A stretch of 64,000 nucleotides of DNA, from assembly GCF_964213995.1 (NCBI RefSeq), contig NC_135814.1, forward strand, positions 68,758,001 through 68,822,000. The letters are read 5' to 3'. Below are positions 51,041 through 63,924 of this stretch, piece after piece (position 1 is the first letter of the stretch; each line of letters begins with the position of its first letter). Origin of the DNA: Mustelus asterias (taxonomy: Eukaryota). The notes beneath the pieces are model-generated. The model was given only the letters and a program-made list of their open reading frames with translations. It had not been told where the DNA came from and searched no databases. The translations under genes and the position numbers were made by a program.

Positions 51041-52874
51041 TAATTGCATTCAGATCCAAAAGCCCATCTCAAGCACAATCTAATTATTCCAACAGTGAGC
51101 ACAAGACATTCGCTCTGGTATTCAAGATTCCACACGTACCTGTTGGGTAAGCAGTTCACTGTAGAAACTGATCACAAGCCATTGGAGAGGATCTGTTGCA
51201 AATCACTGACAAGTGCACCACTTCGATTACAACATATAAGTACAGGAGTGAGACTTCAATGTCTGCTACAAACCTCAGACACGCTGTTCAGATTTACTGA
51301 ATCTGAGCAAGAATGCAGACATTCCACTGGATCTATAAGTAGACAGCCTGGACACTGAAGTAGAAGATGTGCTTAAAATAGATCCACTGCATTTTGGTTA
51401 CCACAAGCGTGATCAACTTCAATCAGAGACAGCCAATGACCCACAACTGAAGGCAATGTAGAAAACTAGCCTCAATGAATGGCCTGACTGAAAAATGAGA
51501 TGTCGACCAACCTCAGTTGTTTCTGACCATACAAGAATGAACTCAGTATCTTAAGAGGCACCATTTTCAAAGGGAAACAAGTACTTCTGCCTGAAGCTGT
51601 CTGGCAGGACATATTGTCACTAAACCAAGGCCATGTTGACACAAAACAGACGAGACGACTGGCATGTGATACGGTTTGTTGGCCAGGATTAACAATGACA
51701 TCAAGGAGCTACTGAGGATGCATGAGGCGTACCAGAGCCACCAGGCACGATAACATAAAAAACCTCTATACCCTCACATGGTTCTGTCATTCCTTGGTCC
51801 AAAATCGCCACTGATCTATTTACTGTAAATGGAGATGGCTTTATCTTAGTTACTGATTACTTCTCCAAATTTTCAATTGTCAGGCAGGCAACAATAGAGC
51901 TCAGATTCCCAGGCTGTCTAATAAGTGAAAGTAGATCCAATCAGATAACATTGCAAAGCATCCTGCTCAAATCTCTTACTCTGCCTGTTTGCCATTAAGT
52001 TGCTCCTCCTCATTTGAAAATGTTGCTTTGTCTGGTGCCTGTTCCTTCAACTCACTGTTCACATCATGTGAAGCATTAGTATATGAGGTGGTAATGTGGT
52101 GGGCACAGTGCTTGGCACAATGCACTGTTCGAGACACTTGTACTACCAGAAATTGGGCCCTGATTTTTGGGAAAAGACCAGCAGTTACAACGCATCCCTA
52201 AAATAATGCATTCAAAGAGATTAAGACATTTTGTGCAAGATGCAATTGTAATTCCAGGGAACGGGAGAAAGACAGGGATCGTATGAGAACTGTCAAAAAT
52301 GAATACTTGCTGAGTTGTTGGATCATTCCTCCAAACCTGTTCTTGCCTCTGCCTTCAACAGATTCTCTGAAGAACAAAGCAAGAGCCAATTCGTATAGGG
52401 AGCCTATCAAATAAAAAGCCTTCGTTGTTGAACCTTCTGCAGTAGGTTCTGCAGGGCTGCATCATTTAGAAAGGTGGTTTTGTCTCCTTTGGAGTTATTC
52501 TCCTACAGATTAAGTGCTAGTTGGATCTGGAAGAAGTACCTCCCCTTTAACGATGAACATTAGCTATTTAAATGTAGCTGAACGAATGGATAATTTTTTT
52601 GTTCTTTGAATATCAGTGTCACTTGCAAGGCCAGCATTTATTGACAATCCATAATTCATCTTGAACTCTGGCTTACTAGGCCATTTTGAAGAGCAGGTAA
52701 GAGTCAAGCACATTACCCTGGGTCTGGAATGCCATATACGTCAGTGAGGGAAAGGATGGCAGAATTTCCTCCCTTGAAGGACATTAATGAATCAAATGGT
52801 TTTTATGACAATCCAAGAGTTTCATGACTATTACTAATGAGACTGGTATTTTCTTACAGACTTATTAATCAAAT

Positions 52875-53184
52875 CATAGAATCATGTCATAGAAAGACTA
52901 CAGACCATTCAGCCCATCGAGTCTGCACCAACTCTCCAATGGAGTATCCCATCCAGGTCCTATCCCCCCATATTTATCCCGCTAATCCCTGCTGACCTAC
53001 ACACCTTGGGACACTAAGGCACAATTTAGTATGGCCAATCCACCTAACCCGCACATGTGGGAGGAAACTGGAGCACCTGGAGGAAACCCAGGCAGACACG
53101 GGGAGAACGTTCAACCTCCACACAGTCACCCAAGGCCAGAATTGAACCTGAGTCCCTGGCGCTGTGAGGCAACAGTGTTAACCA
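52875..53184 (-). mobile_element. HE1 SINE
   Basis: Reverse HE1 core and tail; another partial tail lies at 45208-45322. Confidence 0.85.
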
Positions 53185-54327
53185 ATGAACTGATTGAACT
53201 AATGAATTTAAGTTCCCCCAGCTGCCATGGTGGGATTTGAATTTGTGTCTTTGGAGCATTAATCCGCGCCAGTCAGCTTCAAATCCTGACAACTTCATAC
53301 ATTTTCTATGTGCTTAGAGCCAAAGCAAATGAGAGATGGTGCATTAAGTAGTTCCTTTCAGTGCAGTGTGCCCCCATGCTACTAACACACATGCAACATG
53401 AGCCATGGATATGTCTAAATCTTTCTGGAATTGAAAATGAAGGTAGTGTCGTTTGTTGCAGACATTAATGTGTTCTTAATAACTAATCCTGCGCACCATG
53501 TAACACGTGGAATAAAAGAACTTTTATAAGCACTTTAGTTTCCAAGTTTATGTTGGAAGTGTTTCAGGAAGTTCACTGGAAAACTGGTGATGCAAGCCTA
53601 TAAGAAGACCAGAGCAGTTTTAGAATAAGGAATGTCAATTCTCTTTTTCTGACTTGTTAGCAATGTCCCCTGGAAAGAATTGTATTTGCTTTTAAAGCAC
53701 ATGATTGGTGCATTATTTAGCTTTAAGCACAAAGGTCACAGTTGGCCATGGGTCATCTAATGTAAACAAGAAGAAGGAATTGAAAAAGCAAACACAGTTG
53801 CTAAATGAATTGACCGCACTGAGATAATGGGAGTGCTAGATTCTTAAATTCTGTTACCACATTTGGGTTTTCAAACCATCAGCATTTAAATCCATTCTGT
53901 AGTTTTTCTCGACATGTCCAGTTGTTGAAGATACCAGCTGATGCGTTGCACTTACACTGTCATCATAATGGGTAGAATCAGATTACTGCTATGTGTTTTG
54001 TTATTGTGCATGTCAGTTACATGACTCAGCTGTTGCAGCAGTTCTTTCTCGTGACCGCTTTGTGATAAGAGTTGTTTTTTCAGAGTCAGACGTCCTGTTT
54101 CCTTCTCTAAATTCCAGAAGTTACTGCACACTTAAAATGAGATTTACTAAAATTCTGCATTGCAAATTGTTAAGACTCAAGGAATCATCTGTCCAAAGTT
54201 CATGAGAGCATACAACCATTAGCAAAGGAGGCCATTCAGCTCCACTCTGTCCCATTCCCCACTTTATCTCCACAGCTCTGCAAGTTACCCTCAATTGCCC
54301 ACCCAATTTCCTTTGAAATAATTAGTT

Positions 54328-55036
54328 GAGTGGAATTTAATGCCCCCCCCCCCCCCCCCCCCCCCGTGCCGTGAGGGCATTTAATCAGACAGGAGGATGG
54401 CAGTTGGCAACCCTCCTCCTCCCACCCCTCTTCAGTCGATGGTGTAAAATTTCATGGACAGCCTTCCTACCCCACGGATTGAGGCTTTTAAGTGGACAAT
54501 TAATGCCCACTTAGGGTCTCATTCCCAACACAGCTAGTGTAAACCCAGTGTTAGGCCAGGGGCTCACATGTGGAGATCATGACAAACTAACTTGTGCGGG
54601 TTACTTGCGGGCTCCAGAGGGCATGTCCCTTGTTCAAGGACATTCCGTGCCTGCTGAGACAAACCAGCATAAGGTGGGTGGGGCCCCGCTGAGAGCTATG
54701 CTTGCTGCCAACCTTATTCCCTAGTCCCTGCAATTTCCTTTGAGCCATCACTCATCTGTGGCGGTCTGGGATCCAGTGACCATACTGTGTCTCAAGTGGG
54801 TGTCATACTGTCAGCATCCACAGGCTTTCTGTTCTTCAGCAGTCAGGTCAGCAGCTCTTGGCAGGTGGGATCTCTTCCCCCGGGGTTCTTGATTCCAGGG
54901 AAGGCCTGCTGCTGTCCGGTTAAATGCATGAGTGGTATCTAATTCAGCAGGCCTTCCCCAAAGGAGGCAACCCGGGGCTCCCAGCAGCTCTCCAGCCAGT
55001 GGGCAAGACCCTTCTTGCCCCCATTAAATCCAGATC
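54328..55036. mobile_element. GC-rich MITE-like element inside a minus-strand CR1 3' fragment
   Basis: TIR-like GAGTGGAATTTAATG / CATTAAATCCAGATC; the flanks (54200-54327, 55037-55430) are a contiguous CR1 tail. Confidence 0.55.
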
Positions 55037-55954
55037 ACTGTTCCTCCCCCACCCTCATAGGCAGTGAATTCCAGGTCATCATTGTTTGCTGAGTTTTAAA
55101 AAAATGTTCTTTGCATCTCCCCCTCTTAAATCTGTGTCCCCTGTGTATCTATGTACCATCAACTAAATGGAACATTTTACTTGGTCTACACATTCTAAAC
55201 CCATCATGCCTTGTACACCTCGATCAAATCTCCCCTCAACTTTTTCTCCAAATAGAACAATCCCAGCTTCTCCAACCATGTAGTTGAAATCCCCATCCCT
55301 GGAAGCATTCTGGTAAATCACCATTGCACCCACTCAAGGGCCGTCGCAGACTTCCGGAAGTATGGTGACTAAAAATGAGCCAGAACTCTAGTTATGGCCT
55401 AACCAGTGCTTTATACAGTTCAGCATAACAGAGACAGCCAAGCTTCTGGCACCACAAGCAGCCTGTTTGTACAGGAGGGAAGGAAGAGCAATAGTAATAG
55501 GGGATTCCATAGTCAGGGGAACAGATAGGCCCTACTGTGACCATCAACGTGACACCAGGATGGTATGTTGCCTCCTTGGTGCCAGGGTCTGGGATGTCAC
55601 TGAACAGCTGCAGAGGATCCCGAAGAGGGAGGGGGAAAAGGCAGAGGTCATGGTACATGTTGTACCAATGACATAGGTAGAAAGAGCGATGAGGTCTTGC
55701 ATCAAGAATTCAGAGAGTTAAGCAGTAAACTAAAAAGCAGGACCTCTCAGGTTGTAATCTCTGGATTACTCTCAGTGCCATGTACTAATGAGCATAGAAA
55801 TATGAAAATAGTGCAGATGAATATGTGGTTTAAAAGTTGGTGCAGGAGGGAGTGTTTTAGATTCCTGAATCCCTGGGGCCGTTTCTGGGGAAGGTGGGAA
55901 CTGTACAAGCAGGACGGTCTACATCTGAACCAGTGCGGGGCTAACTTCTGATGA

Positions 55955-56940
55955 AGAAGACAAACACCACCTCAGAAGACAAACACGGGACACGGTGGAC
56001 AGAGTGCCCTTTGTCGTCCAGTACTTCCCCGGAGCGGAGAAGCTACGACATCTTCTCCGGAGCCTTCAACATGTCATTGATGAAGACGAACATCTCGCCA
56101 AGGCCATCCCCACACCCCCACTTTTTGCCTTCAAAGAACCGCACAACCTCAAACAGACCATTGTCCGCAGCAAACTACCCAGCCTTCAGGAGAACAGTGA
56201 CTACGACACCACACAACCCTGCCACAGCAACCTCTGCAAGACGTGCCGGATCATCGACACGGATACCATCATCTCACGTGAGAACACCATCCACCAGGTA
56301 CACAGTACATACTCTTACAACTCGGCCAACTTTGTCTACCTGATACGCTGCAGGAAATGATGTCCCGAGGCGTGGTACATTGGGGAGACCATGGAGACGC
56401 TATGACAACGGGTGAATGGACACCGCTCGACAATCACCAGGCAAGAGTGTTCCCTTCCGGTTGGGCAATACTTCGGCAGTCACGGGCATTCGGCCTCTGA
56501 TCTTCGGGTAAGCGTTCTCCAAGGCAGCCTTCACGACACACGACAACGCAGAGTCGCTGAGCAGAGACTGATAGCCAAGTTCCGTACACTTGAGGACGGC
56601 CTCAACCGGGATCTTGGGTTAATGTCACACTATCTGTAGCCCCCATGACTTGCCTGGGCTTGCAAAATCTCACTAACTGTCCCGGCTGGAGACAATACAC
56701 ATCTCTTTAACCTGTGCTTAACCCTCTCTCCATTCACATTGTCTGTACCTTTAAGACTTGATTACCTGTAAAGACTCGCATTCCAACCATTATTTTGTAA
56801 ATTGAGTTTGTGTCTTTATATGCCCTGTTTGTGAACAGAACTCCCACTTACCTGACGAAGGAGCAGCGCTCCGAAAGCTAGTGGCTTTTGCTACCAAATA
56901 AACCTGTTGGACTTTAACCTGGTGTTGTGAGACTTCTTAC
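55955..56940 (+). mobile_element. Penelope-like element 3' part: GIY-YIG endonuclease pseudogene plus terminal repeat
   Basis: PCHSNLCKTC..FVYLIRC..WYIGET..R.NGHR..E..LI..GLNRD, with two in-frame stops; AATAAA-containing pLTR. Confidence 0.92.
56848..56884 (+). ncRNA. Minimal type I hammerhead ribozyme motif (Penelope-associated)
   Basis: TTAC-CTGACGA-A-[GGAGC AGC GCTCC]-GAAA-GCTA-GTGG. Confidence 0.7.
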
Positions 56941-57974
56941 TGTCTCTACTTTAATGCCAGGAGCATTACAGATAAAACAGATGAGCTAAGGGTAAGGATT
57001 GACGCATGGAATTGTGATTTGGTAGCCATCACAGAGACTTGGCTGAGGGAGGGGCAGGATTGGCAGCTCAACATTCTGCAATACAGAATCTTCAGGCGAA
57101 ACAGAGGAAGGTGGTAAAAGAGGAGGAGGTATTGCATTATTAGTTAAGGACTCAGTTACTGCAGTAAGGAGATTTGATCTCTTGGAGGGGGCATCAAATG
57201 AAGCTTAGTGGGTAGAGTTTCGGAATAAAAAAGGGACAGCACATTGCTAAGTGTGTATTTTAGACCCCCAGATATTCAGTGGGAAATTGAGGAGCAAATA
57301 TGTGCACAATTCATGGAGGTGTATAAAAATAAGAATAGGGTAATTATCTTGGGTGATTTCAACTTTCCCAACATTAATTGGGATTGACATAATAGGACTT
57401 AGGGATGGAGTGGGTTTCTTGAAATGTGGACAGGCGAAACTTTTAGGCCAATATGTAGAGAGTTCAACAAAGGAAGGCGCAGTGCTGGACTTAATTCTGG
57501 GGAATGAAGCTGGACTAGTGGTTGAGATGATGTTGGGGGAGCATTTTTATGATAGTGACCACAACATAGTACAATTTGAGCTTGTTATGGACAAAGAAAT
57601 AGACAAGTTGCAAAAAGAAGTTCTGGATTGGGGGAGAACGAATTTTAGTAAAATAAAGCAGGATCTGGCCAAGGTAGACCAGGAACATTGGTGGAGTAAT
57701 CTACAGAAGAGCAGTGAGGGGTAGGGGGGGGGGGGGGGGTGTTAAAAATTAAATGGGGAGAGTACAGGTGGGGGTGGAGGGGGCGGTTTAAAAATTAAAT
57801 GGGGAGAGTACAGGTGCAGCATGTTCCCTCCAGGGTGATAAGACCTAACAAGCCCAGTAACAAGGAAAAGAGAGACTTTTAGCAGGTACGAGGAGAGCAA
57901 ATCAGTGGAGGCATTACTGGAGTACAGGAAGTGTAAGGTGAAGCTTAAGAAACAAATTAGGAGAGCAAAGAGAT

Positions 57975-59880
57975 TCTTCATCAAGCTTCATGTTTCAATA
58001 GCCATTTCTGGCATCAGCTTGCTGAAAACCCAGGACTGATATGATCTCTTCCAGTGTTGAACGAGGGTAGAGAGTCCTCTTTATTGCTTGATTATGATCT
58101 TTGGGATCGATGAAAATTCTTAGCCACCCATTTGACTTCTCTCTCACCACAACAGAACTTCCTCAATCTTAAGGTTCTATGATTCTGACAATCACCTTTC
58201 CTTCCACTTTTTGGAACTCTCTTTCAAGCTTTCCTTTTAGTCCTATTCATGATTTATGGGGAGGATTAATTACTGGTTTCATCACTGGATCAATCTTCAA
58301 AGACCCTGGATACATTTGCGCCAGATCATTCTTGCTTCTGGATCAGAAGGTGCTTTTCAGTGAGGTGTACTACCTTCACCCTCCAGTTTCACCTCTTTTA
58401 TCTCAGGGCTTACTGAGGTAAGCTGCAGCTCTTCACAACTTACCAATCCCTGGTCAGCAGGACCATCTATAGTAATGAAGAACATACAGTGAATATCTTT
58501 TCCTTTGTGGTCACTTTGAGTTGGGTTGCTCCAAAATGTCAAACCTAAGTTCCCCCATAAGCTATTAGCATGGTACTGCTCAGTTTCAGAACATCACTTC
58601 GTGGGTACCCATTTACTGCCAAATGTTTGGGAACGATCTTCTGTGTTATCTCAGCAGGATGGCCCTGTGCTCCAGTATTAAGGTTCAGCTTCAGATTTAT
58701 GGTTACGGACTTATTTCTCACTTTCTTCCTAATCAGAATTATTGTGTGAATTTATTTTCTCTGGGAACTGACGTTTTCAGCCATTTTGTGCAGGTTCCTA
58801 AGTCTTTTGCGTTGTCAACAACATCATCATCATCATTTTCCAGGGCATAAATGTTTTGGTTTCTTTTTCTTATTTTCCTTGTTGCTCTGATAAGTCATTT
58901 AGTATTCTCTTCTTGATTCTGCATATCTTTTTAGACCATAAGACCATAAGACATAGGAGCAGAATTAGGCCACTTGGTCCATCAAGTCTGCTCTGCCATT
59001 CAATCATGGCTGATATTTTTCTCATCCCCATTCTCCTGCCTTTTCCCCATAACCCCTGATCCCCTTATTAATCAAGAACCTATCTACCTCTGTCTTAAAG
59101 ACACCCAATGCCCTGGCCTCCACAGCCTTCTGTGGCAAAGAGTTCCACAGATTCACCACTCTGTGGCTGAAGAAATTCCCCCTCATTTTTTTACTGTGGT
59201 TTGGTTTTCTATAATCTCCACAATTTGATCTATTTGTGTAATATTTCCTTTCGTCTGTGAACTGATCCACAGCTCTTTCACACCTTTCTGTCTGCTTTCT
59301 TTTGTTGCTGTTTTACTGCATCAACCCAGATGCCTTTCCCTTGACTTAACTGAAGGCAAACCATGTGGGTAGTCAGCATCTTCATCTGTTTATTCATGGC
59401 TTCAGGGTTCTCCAGCAGTGTCTACAGCCTGTGATATTGTGAGCTTGTCCTTTTCAATCAATTCTTTTTGTACTTCAGGGTGTGCAGAGTCTCAAATGAA
59501 CTGATGTAGCAGCCTTTCAGCTGTGTTCTTGCATTTACATTTGCTTGTTATGAAATTATCAACAGACACAAGTGATTCTTGCCTCAGGCCTTGAAATTAA
59601 TATCGGTGGATCTGATCATTTGACTTTAGTTATAAATGTGCACTGAATTTTGAAAAAAATGTTTTGGCGTTTTTACTGTCGTCTTCACTCAGGTCCCAGC
59701 TATTAAACAAATTTAACGTTCTCTCCTATGGTAAAAAAAAAGTGCCTTTTAGGAAACTACTGAATATCTATCTGCCTGTTTTTTTTAAACTTCTCAAATA
59801 CCTCTATGAAATCATCAGCCATGATGGGTTGGAGCTGTGTGTTTGTTGCCATGGTGGCCATTTTGTTTTTGAGGCATTCA
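57975..59880 (-). mobile_element. Second decayed Gypsy (gag, protease, N-terminal RT), carrying a CR1 tail at 58935-59190
   Basis: Minus strand LNTGAQ (protease-like), LKIDPVMKPVINPP, VVREKSNGWLRIFIDPKDHNQAIKR, ARNGY. Confidence 0.75.
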
Positions 59881-60145
59881 CTCAAGTAGGCATTATGGTT
59901 GAGATACTAAATGAGTACTTTGCATCTGTCTTCACTAAAGAAAACAATGTTAATGTAACAGTGGAGGTTAAGGTAATAGACATATTCAAAAATAGATCGA
60001 GGTCTTTAAAAGATTGTGATCCTCAAAAGTAGAAATGGCACCCGGTCCAGATGTGATGCATCTTAGGAGAAACATTCATGGAGAAACTTTTAGAGTCAAA
60101 AATCTGAAACAAATTTAATTGTCATTTGGATCAGTATGAGCTAAT

Positions 60146-60753
60146 GGGTGGAATTCTCCTAAAACATTTCTAAATGTTGTCCCCAGCTGGAAAACCAGTG
60201 AGATTCCCGCTGCACGATTTGGTGCAATTCAGTCGCAATTCATCCACACTTTTAGGCCCCACTCCAACTTTTTTTTGGAGTGGGGCTTAAAGATGCTGGA
60301 AGGCTACCCAATCTCCAGACAAGCCTACACACCCCCACCCCCCAACTCGCTTGGAACAGGCCCCACCAAGTGAGTGACACCCCACTATGGAGTCGCCTGA
60401 CCCCACATCGGGAGCCTCTCCAGCATGCCACCACATTCTGGCCTCCCCTCTGGCACTGTCAACCTGGCACCCTGGCAATGCCACCCCAGCAGTGACAACC
60501 TGGCACTGCAAGGTTGGCACTACCAGTGTGCCTAGGGGCAATACCAGGATACCCAGCCATTTCCCCGACCATCTGGGTGTCCCAATTGGCCTCTGAGCCC
60601 TCCGGCATGGGCATCATGATTGGTCTCCATAGTGATTCAGGCCGGATTCCCACTGAACCCAAGGGTCGGAGAATTGAAGGAGTCAGGGAATCCAGCTCAT
60701 AACCCACTCTGAATATTTAAATATGCTAATCTGGTTCATGCCCTCGCTGGGTG
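60146..60753. mobile_element. GC-rich MITE related to 911-2010, opposite orientation, shorter
   Basis: Start GGGTGGAATTCTCCTAAAACATTTCTAAATGT resembles the reverse complement of 1980-2010; shared TGGCACTGCC-rich interior. Confidence 0.65.
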
Positions 60754-61454
60754 AATAAGGAGAAACAGTGTCTAATGGAACAACTGTCAGTTAGAAGACA
60801 ATCAGAGCACAAATGTAAGGTGATTGATAAAAGAAGCAAAGATGATATGAGAAAACATTTTGTATACAGTGAGTTGTGATCTGGAATATATTGCCTGAAA
60901 AGGTAGTGGGAGCAGTTTCACTAGTCCTCAAAAGGGAATACTTGAAGAGAAAAAAATTACAGGGCCATAGATTGTAGGATTAATTACATAGCTCTGCTAC
61001 AGAACTGGCACTGATACAATGGGCTCAATGACCTCCTTCCGTGCTATGATTCTAAATGTGTGAATGTTGCGCTGTTCAGGCAGAGAGCTGTACGGTTTGA
61101 GAATCTAATTGGACACACTCCACAATATTCAGGAGGAAGAAAGTTTTCTGTAGCAGTGCTCCAGAGGGTGCTAAAAGTAGTAAAGCTGGGTGACCATCAA
61201 CAAACAGAAGAAGAAACAGGATAAAGTCAAAAGGAGATCTGTAATCACTGGAACTGTATTTGTCATTCAGGTGCCAGAGGGACATAGAGGAAGGGGGCAA
61301 GGTACTGAGGAGCAAGTCGTTACCCATGAAGGAAGCAGTACCGACAGAATAGGCAATTATTGAGTGAAGATTCTATTGTCATGAGACTATAGAAGTCAAG
61401 TTTAATCAATCTAATCGCATAATTTAACTCCTTAAATCCGCCTGTATTATCCTG

Positions 61455-62150
61455 ATGAATCTTCAGTGACAATATATCCTTCCTAAAATGTAGTGTTCAG
61501 AACTGCTTACTCCAACTGTGCCCGAACCAGGGCTTTATATTGCTGAAGCATGATTTCTACCCCTTGTATTTTATTCCTCTACATATAAAGGCCAGGACTC
61601 CATTAGCCTTTTGGATTATTTTCTGCAGTTGTTCATTATGTTTACTGATCTGTGTACATGGATCTCCAGTCTCTTTAGACCTTTAGCTTTTCATCATTTA
61701 GAAAGTTACCTGTTCTATCCCTTTTGGGTCCAAAGTGAATGACCTCAGATTTGTTGACATTGGAATTCATTTGTGGCAGTTTTTCCCATTCACTTAATCT
61801 ATCAACATCTCATTGTATGGTTATATTTACATTTACAATGCTTGCAATCCCATCTTCTCAGTCACTAATAAATACACAGATCACTGTGGGACACCAATCA
61901 CATTCTTCCGGTTAGAGTACCTTCCTATTACCTCTACTCTGTGTCCTTTACTCAATTAATTTATTATCCAGGTCAATAATTTTCCTTCAGTTCTATGAGC
62001 TCCAACTTTAGCAGCAGTTCCTTATGGGGGACTTTATCAAATGCCTTATGGAAGTCCACATAAATGACATCCATCGGCATTCCCCTGTCTACTACTTCAG
62101 TCACTTCTTCAAAAAATTCAACCAGATTCATCAGGCATGGTCTATCCTTT
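61455..62150 (-). mobile_element. Decayed CR1 RT fragment
   Basis: CLMNLVEFFEEVT..DVIYVDFHKAFDKVPH on the minus strand. Confidence 0.85.
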
Positions 62151-62640
62151 GCAATGCTGCAAGGCCTGGTCCAATTCACATGAAACCTCGTGGAATTTGC
62201 TAGTAAAGAAATTATGACCAGCATCTTGACTTAGTCAAGTCCAGATCTCAGAGAGGTGTTGGGCCTATTAGTTTTGAACACATTATGCACAGCATCATTT
62301 GTATTTTTGATCTTGCTGCATGATAATGTCCACCATTACATTATCAATCATTGCCAGGTTTTAATCAGTGCCACAAGAATGTGTGCCTGATTTAAAGTTA
62401 ACTTTAAGAAATGTTATTTTAAGAGAGGATGTGAAAATGCAATGTCAAAGCAACCAGCACGTGATTACCACCCAAGTAAAAGGGGAACCACTTGCATATT
62501 CTAAGTTTCTACTTCTTGAAAGGATATTCAGCTTCCCACAATATTTGACTTTATCTCCTGAATAAGCAGAAAACACAGCATGAATTTACTCATGATTCAG
62601 CAATAAGCTTAACCTCAAGATTCGTTTGTATGTTTGCACA

Positions 62641-63924
62641 TAATCTGGGATAGTCAGCACGGATTCGTGAAGGGCAAGTTGTGCCTCACAAATTTGATTG
62701 AATTTTTTGAGGAGGTAACTAAGTATGTTGATGAAGGTAGGGCAGTTGATGTCATATACATGGATTTTAGTAAGGCGTTTGATAAGGTCCCCCATGGTCG
62801 GCTTATGATGAAAGTAAGGAGGTGTGGGATAGAGGGAAAGTTGGCCGATAGGATAGGTAACTGGCTATCTGATCGAAGACAGAGGGTGGTGGTGGATGGA
62901 AAATTTTCGGATTGGAGGCAGGTTGCTAGCGGAGTGCCACAGGGATCAGTGCTTGGTCCTCTGCTCTTTTTGATTTTTATTAATGACTTAGAGGAGGGGG
63001 CTGAAGCGTGGATCAGTAAATTTGCTGATGACACCAAGATTGGTGGAGTAGTGGATGAGGTGGAGGGCTGTTGTAGACTGCAAAGAGACATAGATAGGAT
63101 GCAAAGCTGGGCTGAAAAATGGCAAATGGAGTTTAACCCTGATAAATGTGAGGTGATTCATTTTGGTAGGACTAATTTAAATGTGGATTACAGGGTCAAA
63201 GGTAAGGTTCTGAAGACTGTGGAGGAACAGAGAGATCTTGGGGTCCATATCCACAGATCTCTAAAGGTTGCCACTCAAGTGGATAGAGCTGTGAAGAAGG
63301 CCTATAGTGTGTTAGCTTTTATTAACAGGGGGTTGGAGTTTAAGAGCCGTGGGGTTATGCTGCAACTGTACAGGACCTTGGTGAGACCACATTTGGAATA
63401 TTGTGTGCAGTTCTAGTCACCTCACTATAAGAAGGATGTGGAAGCGCTGGAAAGAGTGCAGAGGAGATTTACCAGGATGCTGCCTGGTTTGGAGGGTAGG
63501 TCTTATGAGGAAAGGTTGAGGGAGCTAGGGCTGTTCTCTCTGGAGCGGAGGAGGCTGAGGGGAGACTTAAGAGGTTTATAAAATGATGAAGGGGATAGAT
63601 AGAGTGAATGTTCAAAGACTATTTCCTCGGGTGGATGGAGCTATTACAAGGGGGCATAACTATAGGGTTCATGGTGGGAGATATAGGAAGGATATCAGAG
63701 GTAGGTTCTTTACGCAGAGAGTGGTTGGGGTGTGGAATGGACTGCCTGCAGTGATAGTGGAGTCAGAAACTTTAGGAACATTTAAGCGGTTATTGGATAG
63801 GCACATGGAGCACACCAGGATGATAGGGAGTGGGATAGCTTGATCTTGGTTTCAGATAAAGCTCGGCACAACATCGGGGGCCGAAGGGCCTGTTCTGTGC
63901 TGTACTGTTCTATGTTCTATGTTC
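62641..63924 (+). mobile_element. Young CR1 copy, same subfamily as 36745-38293
   Basis: Near-identical to 37011-38293; TGG>TAG stop at 63414-63416 and a 2-bp deletion near 63570. Confidence 0.96.

Larger units (their letters stand above)
47412..51890 (+). mobile_element. Decayed Ty3/Gypsy internal region (protease, RT, RNase H, integrase)
   Basis: KID(K)GA protease-like motif; SKLGSKHGYWSV..TTFRSLFGRYCFLRLLFGL and YIADD (RT); FTVETDHKPLE (RNase H); IATDLF..VTDYFSKF (integrase). Confidence 0.88.
55467..57970 (+). mobile_element. CR1 5' half: ORF1 SGNH/GDSL esterase (55467-55950) and ORF2 APE endonuclease (56941-57970)
   Basis: [25 protein letters not shown]; CLYFNARSI..AITETWL..GDFNFP..LDLIL..SDHN. 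Confidence 0.88.

Noticed and set aside
56358-56405. In-frame TGA codons in the GIY-YIG frame as selenocysteine or recoding
   Set aside because: They fall at positions expected to be Gly/Arg in a decaying element (single-base, CpG-type changes), and no SECIS is evident
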